The notes: generated by a model not told the origin, from the letters alone. DNA of 64,000 nucleotides from a virus (IMGVR_UViG_2663763407_000006:1-64000), one strand, 5' to 3'. Shown: positions 1 through 10,438, numbered from the stretch's first letter. Numbers and translations: made by a program.

Positions 1-216
1 TTACATCCACAACACGCCTTGATTTCCTTTAGGGTGGGGCGGTACAGCATTAATTATTCCCGGTTCCATTATCGTTTCAACGATAGTTTCATGGGTCTTA
101 AAGGTTTTACCGCAATTAATATTGGTGCACTGGTGATAGCGTTCTTTCGTTTCGTCACTAAGGTAACGGCTGGATCTCGCGTGTGCTGCAAATTTACAAC
201 GTGGGCAATGCATCAT
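1..216 (-). CDS. ogr: Ogr/Delta zinc-finger late transcription activator
   Basis: MMHCPRC...AHARSSR...ERYHQCTNINCGKTF motif; start reassigned to ATG at 216. Confidence 0.93.
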   Translation of the reverse strand: MMHCPRCKFAAHARSSRYLSDETKERYHQCTNINCGKTFKTHETIVETIMEPGIINAVPPHPKGNQGVLWM

Positions 217-304
217 ATTTACCTCCGAAACTGCATATTCAGTAATTATGCTGATCTTATCACCAGCGTTCGCATTTGTGAAATAAATATCAATTAGTTG
301 AATT

Positions 305-1474
305 TTACTGCTCGATAGCCTCGTATGCCACATCCGACAACAATACTTCGAGAGACAGTTGTGTGGTGTAGCCGCTGTTACTCAGGCTGTGCGTCACCTT
401 GCTGATTATCCAGCTCTGTTGGTCTATCACCGATTTAAAACCGTTGACCGCGACAGGGGTTTCAGGAAATAAATCAGCGCGGCCCATGGCTAAGGTGATA
501 GAAAACTCCGCAACACCGCGCTGTAACTTCTCCCATTTAGATTGAGCTGCGCGCATAGCGGCTTTTTGCGTGGCGTAAACCGTGGTGATAGCAAAAATGT
601 TATCTTCTGACCCTACCAGATAATCCCCTTGTTTTTCCTCCACCGGCTTTTTCACTGCGGCCGCTTTGGTGCGGGTCGGTTTGGCTTTGGGGTGTTCCAG
701 TGCGCGGAGCTGCTTAAACTTTGGCTTACGCTGCAACTTAACCTTTTTCGTCTTGGCCGGTTTGGGGTCTTTGGTGTGCAACCAACTGGCACTCACGCCG
801 GTATAGGCTCCCCGGTCAGCAATACTAAAGCTGTGCTGGTCGCCATCTTGCCGGGTGATCGTCATCTGCGGAATGGGTTTCCCGCTGGCAGTAACACCAC
901 TGCCCGGCTTGATAAATAACAAGCGTCCGGCTTTTACGGCGGCCACCGCGCCATTCAGTGAAGCTAATCGGGTGATAAATTTGGCGTCAGTCTCTTGGGT
1001 CTGGTCGATATGAGAGATAGCGATATCATCCAGACCCTCGGCCAGCATGGCGGTGAGCTTGTTGCGCTCGGCCACTTGCGCCACCACTTTACCCAGCGTT
1101 GTCTCATGATAAGAGACTTCACGGCGGGTATTGAGCGAGCCGCGAAAATCAGCACTGCGGGCGCGAATGGTCAGCGTATCCGGTGCGCCGTGATGCTCGA
1201 CCTCATCCACGGTAAAATCACCCTTACCAATCAGCGCCGACCCTTTCCAGCCCAAGAACACCGACAACACCGCGCCGCGTTCTGGCAAGGTGAGCTGGCC
1301 GTCTGCGTCATCCAGCTCAATATCGAGCTGGTCAGCTTCAAAGCCGCGGTTATCGGTCAGGCTCAGGGACAACAACCGGGGGCGAATATTCTGCGTGATA
1401 TCTTTAGAGTTAATGGTCAGCATAAAGTCCGGGGCCATATCCGCCCCGGCCGGTAGAGACATGCCGGTCATCAT
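305..1474 (-). CDS. D: Tail/baseplate hub protein gpD
   Basis: LTDNRGFEADQLDIELDD and GDFTVDEVEHHGAPD motifs; P2 synteny. Confidence 0.95.
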   Translation of the reverse strand: MMTGMSLPAGADMAPDFMLTINSKDITQNIRPRLLSLSLTDNRGFEADQLDIELDDADGQLTLPERGAVLSVFLGWKGSALIGKGDFTVDEVEHHGAPDTLTIRARSADFRGSLNTRREVSYHETTLGKVVAQVAERNKLTAMLAEGLDDIAISHIDQTQETDAKFITRLASLNGAVAAVKAGRLLFIKPGSGVTASGKPIPQMTITRQDGDQHSFSIADRGAYTGVSASWLHTKDPKPAKTKKVKLQRKPKFKQLRALEHPKAKPTRTKAAAVKKPVEEKQGDYLVGSEDNIFAITTVYATQKAAMRAAQSKWEKLQRGVAEFSITLAMGRADLFPETPVAVNGFKSVIDQQSWIISKVTHSLSNSGYTTQLSLEVLLSDVAYEAIEQ

Positions 1475-1956
1475 GAGAATAACCCCCCGATAGCCGCCTG
1501 CGCTTTGCCGGTTATGGCCGTCACCTTACCTAGCAACTCGTCAGCCTGTTGTTGCAGGTCGCCGAACATGGCCGTTAACGACTCATCAACCCGCAACAGA
1601 TTGAGGGTGAACTCAATGCGCCGGGCGCTGCCATCTGCAAAAAATAGCGCGCCGGTCTGACTCAGGCTTTCAATCACGAACATGCCATAAATCATGCCAC
1701 TGCCCTCAACCAGAGGCCAAGCCTTGCCTTGGTCAGCCATGGCCTCAAGGGTCAGTAATGACAGGCGGCCACCGGTCAGCTCCGGCAACAACACCCCGGA
1801 CAAGGTGATTTTTTCGCTATCGACGCCAAGAAACTGCGCGGATGGCCGCAAGCCTACCCGGCTGTTAGTGGGCCAACGATAATCAATATTGCGCCCCATG
1901 CTTTGATAAGGCGTGGTCTGGCGCATAAAAACAAATAAACCCAGTGATAACATCAT
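1471..1956 (-). CDS. U: Tail protein gpU
   Basis: MMLSLGLFVF...ITLSGVLLPELTGG; synteny. Confidence 0.93.
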   Translation of the reverse strand: MMLSLGLFVFMRQTTPYQSMGRNIDYRWPTNSRVGLRPSAQFLGVDSEKITLSGVLLPELTGGRLSLLTLEAMADQGKAWPLVEGSGMIYGMFVIESLSQTGALFFADGSARRIEFTLNLLRVDESLTAMFGDLQQQADELLGKVTAITGKAQAAIGGLFS

Positions 1957-1958
1957 GA

Positions 1959-4388
1959 TTAATTCTCCATCTGGCCGCGCTGGCGGGCGCGTTTATCGCG
2001 TTCATTCTTAGCTAGGGCATCGGTCATCATTCGCTCGGCATCCTGTCGGCTCATACCCGGTGGAATCGTTATCTTGATATCGTTGGTGGTCACACTGCTA
2101 TCCACAATGGTGGTGCCAGCATTCGCAGTCACCGGCTGATAGCCGCCGTACAACACACCGCCACTGGGTGAGTATCCGCCCGCGTAAGGGTTATCTTTCG
2201 GGACGTTATCGGCCAGCCCGGTAGATTTGGTATCGATAATGCCGAGCTTTTCCAGTACCCAGTCAATACCACTGCGCAGGGTGTTCAGCGCATCCATGGG
2301 CAGACTGAGCGCTGCCGCCAGCCCTTCGCCGAATAACTTGCCCGCATTGGTGGCTACGTCCAAGGTTTCCTGTGTGGCTTTCACCGGTTTAATCAGGTCA
2401 GCGAACCAGTTCGAAAGCTGTTTCACCTTGTCACTAAACCAGTTAAACACCGGTTTAAGCGGCTCAAAGGCGGCACTGATTGGCCCCATGGCGGCGGTAA
2501 AGCCCTCGGCCACGCCAGCAATAAAGGCGCTGATAGGCTCCCAGTATTTACGGATAAGCAGACCACCGGCCACAATGGCCGCGACCACGGCCACTATCGG
2601 CCATGTTAGCGCCGTGAGTGCGGCGGCAATGGTTCCGGCCATCAGGGAAAAACCGGTACTCAACAGACCGGCTCCCGCTAACAGCAGGTTAAACCCAGCC
2701 ATGACCGGCCATGCAATCAGACCCAGTGCACCCAGTCCGGCGACCAGTGCTAATGCCGCGCCGGTGACTTTGGTAATGGTGCCGACCAGCTCAGGGTTTT
2801 TCTTGGCCCATGCCGCCACATTAATCAGCCAGTCGGTTGCGGTTAAGGTCAGTTTGCGCAGCGCGGAGTCTTGTTTCTCAAAGACTTCAATCTCTAAGTC
2901 TTCCCATGCCGAACTCAGGTTTTTCAGGTCGCCGTCGAGGTTATCCATTCTCACCGTGGCGATAGATTCTGCGGTGCCGCCCGCATTCATCAGCTTGCTT
3001 TGCTTCTCTGCCAGCTTGCCGTTACCGGCTGCTGCCACCAGTTTCACCGCGCCTTTCATTGCTTCTTCACCGAATATCACTTTCAGGTATTCGGCTTGTT
3101 GTGCAGTGCCTAACTTGTTCTTTTTAAACGAGCGGTTAATGTCTTTGAGGATTTTCTCCACCGGCAACATATTGCCTTTGCCGTCGCGGGTGGTTATTCC
3201 CAGTTCGCGCAAGGCTTCCGGCGCTTTACCGACCGGAGCCTGTAAGCGACTAAACACCGCACTGGTACTGGTTCCGGCCATACTGCCCTTGATGCCGTTA
3301 TCGGCCAGCACCCCGAGTAACGCGGTAGTGTCTTCGATACTGGCCCCGGCGGCCTCAGCAATCGGGGCGACATATTTCATCGCCTCGCCCAGCTCTAGCA
3401 GGTTGGTGTTTGAGCTGGTAAAGCCTTTCGCCATCACGTCTGACACGCGCTTAATCTGGTCTAACGGCAGGTTAAACGCCGACTGCATGTTGGTGACAAT
3501 ATCTGCCGCCTCGGCGATATCCACGCCGGACGCCAGCGACAGGTTAACTGTCGGCTCAGTGGCGGCCAGAATGGCGTCAGCGTCATAGCCGGAACGGGCC
3601 AGCGTGTCTTGGGTTCGTGCGACATCTGTCGGCGAAAAGGCGGTTGAACCGCCAATGTCACGCGCCTGTTGGCGAATGGCGGCCAGCTTGGCGTCGTTTT
3701 TATTCAGCCCTAAAATCGCCTGAGTGCCGGACATCTGGCTGTCAAACTCCATGCCCGGCGCCATCAGTTTCGCCGCGCCGTACAGCCCGGCAGTTGCCAC
3801 ACCCAAACTGGCGGCGCTGGTATTACGCACGGCACTGGTGGCGGCTTTGCCTTTCTGGTAACGATTGCTGATACGGTTGAGTTGCTCCTGTTTCAGGCTC
3901 AGGCGTTGCAGCTCTTGGCGCTGGCGACTCAGGGCAACAGTCGCCTCGGCGGCACTACTGCGTAACCGGCGTTGTTCACTGCTCAGGTTTTTGGTGGCAA
4001 TGCCGTCAGCGTTAAGCGCATCGCGCTGGCGCTGCACTGACTGGCGCAGCCCGTTATATTTGGTTTGCAGTTCAGCCGCCGCACGTTTGGCTCCCTCCAT
4101 CAGCCGGGCTTGTTGGGCGGTAGGTTTCTCGGTATTTTTAAAGGCGATAGCCAGTGCCGCCGCATCTTCTTTGGCTTTTTTCAATGCCTGCCCGGTGACG
4201 GCCAGTTGGGCGCTGGCCTTACGGAAACCGTCAATTTTCGCCGCCTGCGCATCAAGGGATTTGATGCTGCTTTGCGTGTTGCGAATGTCGCCAGTGAGGG
4301 ATTTACTGGCGGTTTGAATGGCTTTAAATGGGCGGGTAGCTTGGTCTACGGCTTTGAGCAATACCTGTAGCTGTAAGCTCTTACTCAT
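1959..4388 (-). CDS. T: Tail tape measure protein
   Basis: 809 aa Ala-rich helical protein with TP901-type core, after E/E'. Confidence 0.95.
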   Translation of the reverse strand: MSKSLQLQVLLKAVDQATRPFKAIQTASKSLTGDIRNTQSSIKSLDAQAAKIDGFRKASAQLAVTGQALKKAKEDAAALAIAFKNTEKPTAQQARLMEGAKRAAAELQTKYNGLRQSVQRQRDALNADGIATKNLSSEQRRLRSSAAEATVALSRQRQELQRLSLKQEQLNRISNRYQKGKAATSAVRNTSAASLGVATAGLYGAAKLMAPGMEFDSQMSGTQAILGLNKNDAKLAAIRQQARDIGGSTAFSPTDVARTQDTLARSGYDADAILAATEPTVNLSLASGVDIAEAADIVTNMQSAFNLPLDQIKRVSDVMAKGFTSSNTNLLELGEAMKYVAPIAEAAGASIEDTTALLGVLADNGIKGSMAGTSTSAVFSRLQAPVGKAPEALRELGITTRDGKGNMLPVEKILKDINRSFKKNKLGTAQQAEYLKVIFGEEAMKGAVKLVAAAGNGKLAEKQSKLMNAGGTAESIATVRMDNLDGDLKNLSSAWEDLEIEVFEKQDSALRKLTLTATDWLINVAAWAKKNPELVGTITKVTGAALALVAGLGALGLIAWPVMAGFNLLLAGAGLLSTGFSLMAGTIAAALTALTWPIVAVVAAIVAGGLLIRKYWEPISAFIAGVAEGFTAAMGPISAAFEPLKPVFNWFSDKVKQLSNWFADLIKPVKATQETLDVATNAGKLFGEGLAAALSLPMDALNTLRSGIDWVLEKLGIIDTKSTGLADNVPKDNPYAGGYSPSGGVLYGGYQPVTANAGTTIVDSSVTTNDIKITIPPGMSRQDAERMMTDALAKNERDKRARQRGQMEN

Positions 4389-4503
4389 GGTTTACGGCTC
4401 CACTTCGTAGCAGGGCTTTATGACGCCAGCGCACCAGTTCGGTGAGGCTCAACCCCCAAAGCTCTGACGGCGACCAGTGAAAAATGGCGGCAATATCCGC
4501 CAT
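4381..4503 (-). CDS. E': gpE' extension reached by -1 frameshift from E
   Basis: Reads MADIAAIFHWSPSELWGLSLTELVRWRHKALLRSGAVNHE; P2-type slippery TTTTTTG at 4557-4563 (minus strand). Confidence 0.88.
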   Translation of the reverse strand: MADIAAIFHWSPSELWGLSLTELVRWRHKALLRSGAVNHE

Positions 4504-4535
4504 CAGGTCATCCACTTCCAGTTTCGGGTCGAGCG

Positions 4536-4847
4536 TTACGCCCCCTGTTTCGGCGACAAAAAACCAATCACCTTACCCGCCAGTGCCACTAAATCCGGCA
4601 ACTCTAAACGGCCACATTCGGCGGCGGTCAGTGTCGGCGAGGTAATACGCGGTAGCACAACAATCAACGCATCGACATCAGAATGGGCCACATCTGACAA
4701 TCGCACCCCACGCAGTGACCCGGCATTAGGGCGGTAAACTTCAATTTCAGTAATCAGGGTATCACCACGTTTTAGCGGGGTTTCCAGTACCACCACATTC
4801 TCGTTAACCTCGGTGGCGGGTTCAGTTTTAGCAGTTACTTTTTTCAT
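4536..4847 (-). CDS. E: Tail assembly chaperone gpE
   Basis: PNAGSLRGVRL...VLPRITSPTLT...DLVALAGKVIGFLSP. Confidence 0.92.
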   Translation of the reverse strand: MKKVTAKTEPATEVNENVVVLETPLKRGDTLITEIEVYRPNAGSLRGVRLSDVAHSDVDALIVVLPRITSPTLTAAECGRLELPDLVALAGKVIGFLSPKQGA

Positions 4848-4900
4848 GGTTTTTCCAATTCAGTCAGGGAGGCCAGCGAGTTAACACTGGCCGTCAGGGG

Positions 4901-5416
4901 TTAGCGGCCAATGGCCTTGCGTTGGGCTTCCAGCAGGTCTACGCCGTTAACCATTTCAATCAGGTTAACCACGTCAATCTCCATCACTACCTTGCCGTCA
5001 ATGGTCAGCTTGTAATAAGTACACTGGGTGGATACCTTGGTTTCGGTGTCTTCCCCTTGTTTGGATTCGCCGCCATCAATCTCTTTATGACGGCCACGGA
5101 TTTCGACCTCTACCGCTGTGACCTCGCCGGTGTCGTCGCGCTGATAAGCCCCGGCAAAACGCAGCGGAACCGCGTCAACTTTTGGCGTTCCCCATTGCTG
5201 CAACACCAGCTCGTCAATGCCGCCCATCGACCACTCCATGGAAAGCGCATCGTCATCCAGCCCCAAATCAATCGGCGCAACGCCATTCATCCCGCCGCCC
5301 CGGTAGTTCTCCAGCTTGCGGGTCAGTTTTGGCAGGGTAATGGACGAGACGATCCCCATGTAATCCCGGCCATCGTTAAACAGGTTCATCAATTTCAGCT
5401 TACGTGGCAGTGCCAT
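4901..5416 (-). CDS. FII: Tail tube protein
   Basis: MALPRKLK...LPKLTRKLENYRGGGMNG. Confidence 0.96.
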   Translation of the reverse strand: MALPRKLKLMNLFNDGRDYMGIVSSITLPKLTRKLENYRGGGMNGVAPIDLGLDDDALSMEWSMGGIDELVLQQWGTPKVDAVPLRFAGAYQRDDTGEVTAVEVEIRGRHKEIDGGESKQGEDTETKVSTQCTYYKLTIDGKVVMEIDVVNLIEMVNGVDLLEAQRKAIGR

Positions 5417-5429
5417 AAGTCAGGTTTCC

Positions 5430-6599
5430 TTAGCTGTTGACGGCAGCGGCAAAGTTCACCAGATATTTATCGGTGATACGCTGGCGCAGGGTGAGGTCTT
5501 CCAGTGGTGGCACTGGGGTGTAGTCGTAATCGATAAACAGCTTGCCCGCTTTCAGGGTGTCTTTATCGTTGGCGCTGTCGTCATACCAGCAAGTGCCATC
5601 AATAATCAGCCCGGCAGATTTCATTTCGCGAAATTTGGCATTGATGCTGCCAATCATGTCTTTAACCAGCGTCGGGTGCATCGGGCGGTCAATCGCCCAC
5701 AACTGCGCCTCGGCCATGGTGTCCGCCAGAATTTGTGCGGTGCGGGTGTAGTTTTCGAAAGCAAACAGTGGATCATCGGAGCAGGTGCGCGAACCCCAAA
5801 ACTTGAAACCGTCTTTGCGGATTAGCGTGGTCACACAGGCTTTGTTAAGTAAGTCAGCGTCAGTGCCGACGGTCTGCAAATCCCAGTAGACGCTGGCAGA
5901 GATACCGGTCACGCCATTCACCCCGACGTTAGACAGGGTTTTGTGCCAGCCGGTTTCTTGGTCAATCTTGGCACGCAGGCCCAGCGCGCGAGCGGTGGCA
6001 TAAGCAATATCGGTACTGTTGGCGGTGGTGTTCCAGCTCAGGAAGTCCGGCCAAATCAACATCAGCTCACGCTGGCTGAAATTCTCGCGGTACAACATCG
6101 CTTCTGAAATAGTCTTGCAGCCATAGGCGCTGATATAGCCAAAGGCGCGCAACTGCTGGCAGACGCTCGCCAGTGCGGTGGATACTTGCTGATTATCCAG
6201 CCCCGGCACACCAAGAATACGCGGGCGCACGCCGGTGACAGATTGCGCATCTAACAACGCTTTCATGCCAGTGTAGCGGCCGTTCTCATCAGCGCCGCCG
6301 ATAATATTAGACGTGGTTTCATCCTCATCTTTACCCGTAGCCACGCGAACAACAACCGTGACCGGGCGAGCCTGTTCCGCAATCGCCAGCAATGACGTGG
6401 CCAGTGTGCCTTTTTTACCTGCTTTACCGGCAGCGGTCAGCACGTCAGTAATCAGTACCGGGGTATCAAGGGGAAAGGTTGCCGCGTCGGCATCCTCGGC
6501 GGTGCAGACCATGCCGACAATGGCGGTGGAAATAGTGGAAATGACACGCGTCCCCTCGTTGATTTCGAGAACGCGGACGCCGTGATGGTAATCACCCAT
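5430..6599 (-). CDS. FI: Tail sheath protein
   Basis: YHHGVRVLEINEGTR...DYDYTPVPPLEDLTLRQRITD. Confidence 0.96.
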   Translation of the reverse strand: MGDYHHGVRVLEINEGTRVISTISTAIVGMVCTAEDADAATFPLDTPVLITDVLTAAGKAGKKGTLATSLLAIAEQARPVTVVVRVATGKDEDETTSNIIGGADENGRYTGMKALLDAQSVTGVRPRILGVPGLDNQQVSTALASVCQQLRAFGYISAYGCKTISEAMLYRENFSQRELMLIWPDFLSWNTTANSTDIAYATARALGLRAKIDQETGWHKTLSNVGVNGVTGISASVYWDLQTVGTDADLLNKACVTTLIRKDGFKFWGSRTCSDDPLFAFENYTRTAQILADTMAEAQLWAIDRPMHPTLVKDMIGSINAKFREMKSAGLIIDGTCWYDDSANDKDTLKAGKLFIDYDYTPVPPLEDLTLRQRITDKYLVNFAAAVNS

Positions 6600-6671
6600 G
6601 GGGTAACTCTCCGTTGGTTAAGGGTGAGAGTATGGTGACGGCTTACCGCGTGGGGGGCGATTGATAGGTGA

Positions 6672-6689
6672 TGTGTGGTGGCTGGTACA
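6672..6689 (-). promoter_or_regulatory. Ogr-binding site of late promoter pF
   Basis: TGT-N12-ACA (tgt gtggtggctggt aca) upstream of FI. Confidence 0.7.
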
Positions 6690-6807
6690 ACGAGAACATT
6701 GTAAATATGCTCAAATATTTAGCGCTTATTGACCATCAATATAACTGTTAGAATAATTAGCTTTTTATACAAAATTTTCACTTACATACAAACAGGTCGT
6801 CAAATAA

Positions 6808-8772
6808 ATGCTAGTAAGCCTGAAAGCACAGCACAACGCACAAAATAAATTCCGTCAAGACATTAACGGACTAAGAGCATGGGCAGTTATTGCTGTAGTT
6901 TTATATCATTTTGGTGTGCCGGGCTTCTCCGGTGGTTTTATCGGTGTTGATGTTTTTTTTGTTATTTCTGGTTTTTTAATGACAAAAATTATAGTTTCTG
7001 GAATCGAAGTGGGAGATTTCTCTCTTTTACGGTTTTACTTAGCCAGAGCAAGACGAATTATTCCTATGTTACTGGTGTTATGCCTATCATTAATCATTTT
7101 AGGATGGTTCTGGCTTCCAGAAAGCAATTATAAAACTCTAGCAACACATGTGCTCACTGCAATCTTATTTATATCTAATATTAAGTTTTGGCGAGAATCT
7201 GGATATTTTGACTCATCTTCACATGAGAAGTGGCTATTACATACATGGTCACTCTCAGTTGAATGGCAATTTTACATTATATTACCAGTTTTTATCTTAA
7301 TCGTATGGAACCTATTAAGTTACCGAGCAATGAAAACGTCATTGTTCATAGTTGGTTTTATTTCATTGTTCTTATCTTATTATGCATCATATCAATGGCC
7401 TGCTGCGGCATTCTATTTATTACCCACAAGAATTTGGGAAATGCTCGCAGGGGGATTAGTGTGGTGGTCAACAAGGAAAAACTCCCTATCCATTAATCTA
7501 TCTCGATTAACTGAGATCATTGGATTTATTTTTATAGTTTCGTCAATAATATTATTCGATTCATCTATGGTTTGGCCTGGGGTGTATGCGGCTTTGCCTG
7601 TACTGGGCGCAATGTTAGTACTTTCCGCTAAACGATCCGAATCATTATTCACTTCTAATAACCTTGTTCAAAGGCTTGGGACAAGCTCTTACTCTATATA
7701 TCTATGGCATTGGCCGATTGTTGTAGGATTAACTTATCTCGGTTTTCAGGGTAGTTATAAATGGGTGCTGCTAGGTATTATTGTCACAGTGTTATTAGGT
7801 GAGTTATCTCTTAAGTTAATAGAAAATCCAGCAAGAAAACTGTTTAGTAAATTCTCTATCACTTCAAACATAGTATACATGTCATTTGGAATTATTTTCA
7901 TTCTCATAATTTCGCTTGTAATAAAATACAATACTTTCGATCGTGGTATCAGAAGTAATGAAGAAACTATTCAACTTTACACAGAAATACAATCATTCCA
8001 TGTTATGCCCAAAAGAGATAACGGATATTGTTTTTATGATTTAAATAGTGAATCAAACCCCATTATTTCTGAAAGTAAATCAGTTTGTAAAATTGGCGAT
8101 AATTCTTTAAAATCTAAAGGATTACTTTTCGGTGATTCTTTTGCTGGTCAGTATGATCCTTTCATTGATAAGATAGGTAAAAAAGTTGGCTTTGCGGTTG
8201 ATTCAGTTTCAACTAACTGGTGTTTTCCTAGTTTGACTGATTCATTTAATGGCCCCAAGACACGCATAGCATATAAACAGTGCTTACTTAACAGAAAATA
8301 TCTAAAAGAGAATATTACCAAGTATGATTTCATTATACTTTCTGGAATATGGTCTGAACTGTATGAAAAAGGTTATAAACAAGATGTTATTAATGTCATT
8401 GAATATGCGAAATCGGAAAATGTTAAAGTGTACGTTATCGATTCACCCACTCAGTATGATGTAAATGTTTTCGCTAATTTCATGATTGCCGGAATGAATA
8501 ACTTGCCATTCAATTTAAAAGAACTCCCCCAAAACAATGATGTTAACAGAAAAAAAATGGCTGAAATTTTCTATAAAATGCATAATGACAGTATTATAAC
8601 GTTCATTCCTAGAGATGATATTTTCAATTCAACCGATACATATAGTTATAAAGGTATAGAGGTGCCATATTCTTTAGATGGATATCATATATCTATTGAT
8701 GGTGCATTAATGGCAGCAAGGAAATTTATCGAAAGCGGGGTTTACAAAAAGTACTTCCCTGAAAAAAATTAA
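6808..8772 (+). CDS. OafA-like acyltransferase-3 plus SGNH domain (probable O-antigen O-acetyltransferase), moron
   Basis: FRQDINGLRA, GFIGVDVFFVISGFL, HTWSLSVEWQFY, many TM helices; C-terminal GDSF...DGYH; AT-rich and opposite to the phage late genes. Confidence 0.9.
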   Translation: MLVSLKAQHNAQNKFRQDINGLRAWAVIAVVLYHFGVPGFSGGFIGVDVFFVISGFLMTKIIVSGIEVGDFSLLRFYLARARRIIPMLLVLCLSLIILGWFWLPESNYKTLATHVLTAILFISNIKFWRESGYFDSSSHEKWLLHTWSLSVEWQFYIILPVFILIVWNLLSYRAMKTSLFIVGFISLFLSYYASYQWPAAAFYLLPTRIWEMLAGGLVWWSTRKNSLSINLSRLTEIIGFIFIVSSIILFDSSMVWPGVYAALPVLGAMLVLSAKRSESLFTSNNLVQRLGTSSYSIYLWHWPIVVGLTYLGFQGSYKWVLLGIIVTVLLGELSLKLIENPARKLFSKFSITSNIVYMSFGIIFILIISLVIKYNTFDRGIRSNEETIQLYTEIQSFHVMPKRDNGYCFYDLNSESNPIISESKSVCKIGDNSLKSKGLLFGDSFAGQYDPFIDKIGKKVGFAVDSVSTNWCFPSLTDSFNGPKTRIAYKQCLLNRKYLKENITKYDFIILSGIWSELYEKGYKQDVINVIEYAKSENVKVYVIDSPTQYDVNVFANFMIAGMNNLPFNLKELPQNNDVNRKKMAEIFYKMHNDSIITFIPRDDIFNSTDTYSYKGIEVPYSLDGYHISIDGALMAARKFIESGVYKKYFPEKN

Positions 8773-8781
8773 TTATTTTAT

Positions 8782-8806
8782 AGCCGGGCGATTAAGCCCG
8801 GCTTTA
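8782..8806. terminator. Hairpin terminator between convergent genes
   Basis: agccgggc-gattaa-gcccggct. Confidence 0.65.
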
Positions 8807-8971
8807 TCAAATGGTTACATTTATAGGGAATGTTTTAATGAACTCTATATATCGCGTGTCATTTTCATCAATAGTTCCTAAATGATTGAATTCACTTTGT
8901 GATTGAATACTAGAAAAAACACTCTCAATCTCAGCTTCAGAACTATCAGTGAATGCAACAAATATATTCAC
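8807..8971 (-). CDS. 54-aa ORF in the tail-fibre assembly position
   Basis: GTG start with G-rich SD just after the H stop; MNIFVAFTDSSEAEIESVFSSIQSQSEFNHLGTIDENDTRYIEFIKTFPINVTI; below the ORF-track cut-off. Confidence 0.6.
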   Translation of the reverse strand: MNIFVAFTDSSEAEIESVFSSIQSQSEFNHLGTIDENDTRYIEFIKTFPINVTI

Positions 8972-8983
8972 CCCACACCCCCC

Positions 8984-10438
8984 TTAAAATGAGTAGCTGG
9001 ATATAAAAATGGAGCATAAAACCGCACCATTCATCGTTGTGTTAAGTATGTAGTACAACGCTTGAGGATCGTTTATATCAATTATATAATTACCTACAAC
9101 ATCCGAACCTGTACTAGCGGGAACTCCAAGCCTTACTTCTTGTGCGCCGCACATATTAGAATCACCACCAACTTGAACGGATGAATACGATATTGTTGTA
9201 CTTCCTCCACCTGCATATATTACCCCCCCAATTCTTACAGCGTTCTTGGGAATTATCACTGATACTGAAAGTCGCACAACTGCATTTGATGTTGATGAAG
9301 ATGTTGATATTGCGCTGACTCTCGGAAATGAAACATGTCTGCCAGTGAGCAAACAGACCTTAAATTTACCGGCCTCAATGGGTTGTACTCCTACAAGGGC
9401 TGACGCCGTGTAGTTGGGGGGCAAAACTCCAGCGCAGATTTCAGGTGCTGCTGATAATGTGGCATTAACAGCCAGCAATGCAGATGCATGAGTTATCGGG
9501 TTGTAAATAGCATACAGAGCAACAAACCCAATAACCGGCACTGTGCCAGTGTCCATTCCACCGGCACCACTGGCAGCAAGATTAATTATCTTATTGAAGT
9601 TACTTAATTTGTATTGTTCCCCACCTAATGCGGTTTGAACAATTATTTCATCAGCAGTAAATGTTGCGGTTACTGAGGCTGCTGTAACGCTCATTTTTGC
9701 ATTTCGGGATGCACCTACAACACCCGTCAATTGTCCCATCTGCAAATATTGCGAGTGTGGGTTTTCTGCTTTGCCGTGGTCATCCAATGCCTTGCCCGCA
9801 TTATCTGCTACTGTTTTAACCGCTTTCGGCGTAGCGGCTAGCACTTCGCTATTGCTGTCAATGGCACTGCTATATTTTGCAAAACCTTTGGCGGTTAACG
9901 ATGCATCCGGGTGATTGCGTGATTTTTCGTGATCAGCCAGCAACTTATCGGCGTACTGCTTAACCTCAATCACTTTATCATCAACATACTTACGCGTTGC
10001 CAGTACCACCGACGGGTCGATTTTCAGCGTGACAGCGGCCGTGCTGCTAACAATTAAAATTACCCGAATGGTTTGGGTGCGGCCGCTGCCCTCTTGCATC
10101 AGTGGCTTATAGGTTTCGGCGCAGTTGGCAATCGCAACCAAATCACCGTCTTTATCCAGCAAGCCAATTTCACGAATCCACCACCCGCCCTCGGCCTCGT
10201 GGATAACCTGCTCCGCAATAATCTGACTGGTGTTAATAGGGTCAATGGACAAGGTATTTAGGGCGGCGCGGCGCTGTTCATTCACCAGTTGGGTTTGTGC
10301 CGGGTTAGGGGTTGGCAGTGTTCCGCCGCCATCCCCGACCGCCATTTGGGTAATCTCTAAGCGGGTGCCGAGCGCGGTGGCATTCGCCAGCTTGGCCGCG
10401 CCAATGTTGGTCAGTAAAGCAAAGAATTTAGCTGTCAT
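8984..10438 (-). CDS. H: Tail fibre protein
   Basis: P2 gpH N-terminus (GWWIREIGL, EGSGRTQTIR), one fibre repeat (HPDASLTAKG...AATPKAVK), divergent AT-richer C-terminus. Confidence 0.92.
   Translation of the reverse strand: MTAKFFALLTNIGAAKLANATALGTRLEITQMAVGDGGGTLPTPNPAQTQLVNEQRRAALNTLSIDPINTSQIIAEQVIHEAEGGWWIREIGLLDKDGDLVAIANCAETYKPLMQEGSGRTQTIRVILIVSSTAAVTLKIDPSVVLATRKYVDDKVIEVKQYADKLLADHEKSRNHPDASLTAKGFAKYSSAIDSNSEVLAATPKAVKTVADNAGKALDDHGKAENPHSQYLQMGQLTGVVGASRNAKMSVTAASVTATFTADEIIVQTALGGEQYKLSNFNKIINLAASGAGGMDTGTVPVIGFVALYAIYNPITHASALLAVNATLSAAPEICAGVLPPNYTASALVGVQPIEAGKFKVCLLTGRHVSFPRVSAISTSSSTSNAVVRLSVSVIIPKNAVRIGGVIYAGGGSTTISYSSVQVGGDSNMCGAQEVRLGVPASTGSDVVGNYIIDINDPQALYYILNTTMNGAVLCSIFISSYSF

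Noticed and set aside
2227-3588. Long plus-strand ORF (453 aa) and similar antisense ORFs such as 36683-37534
   Set aside because: Shadow frames of real genes on the opposite strand, with no motifs
4381-4563. Tail-chaperone frameshifts (here and at 62041-62047) as novelty or sequencing error
   Set aside because: Well-known programmed -1 frameshifts of tailed phages
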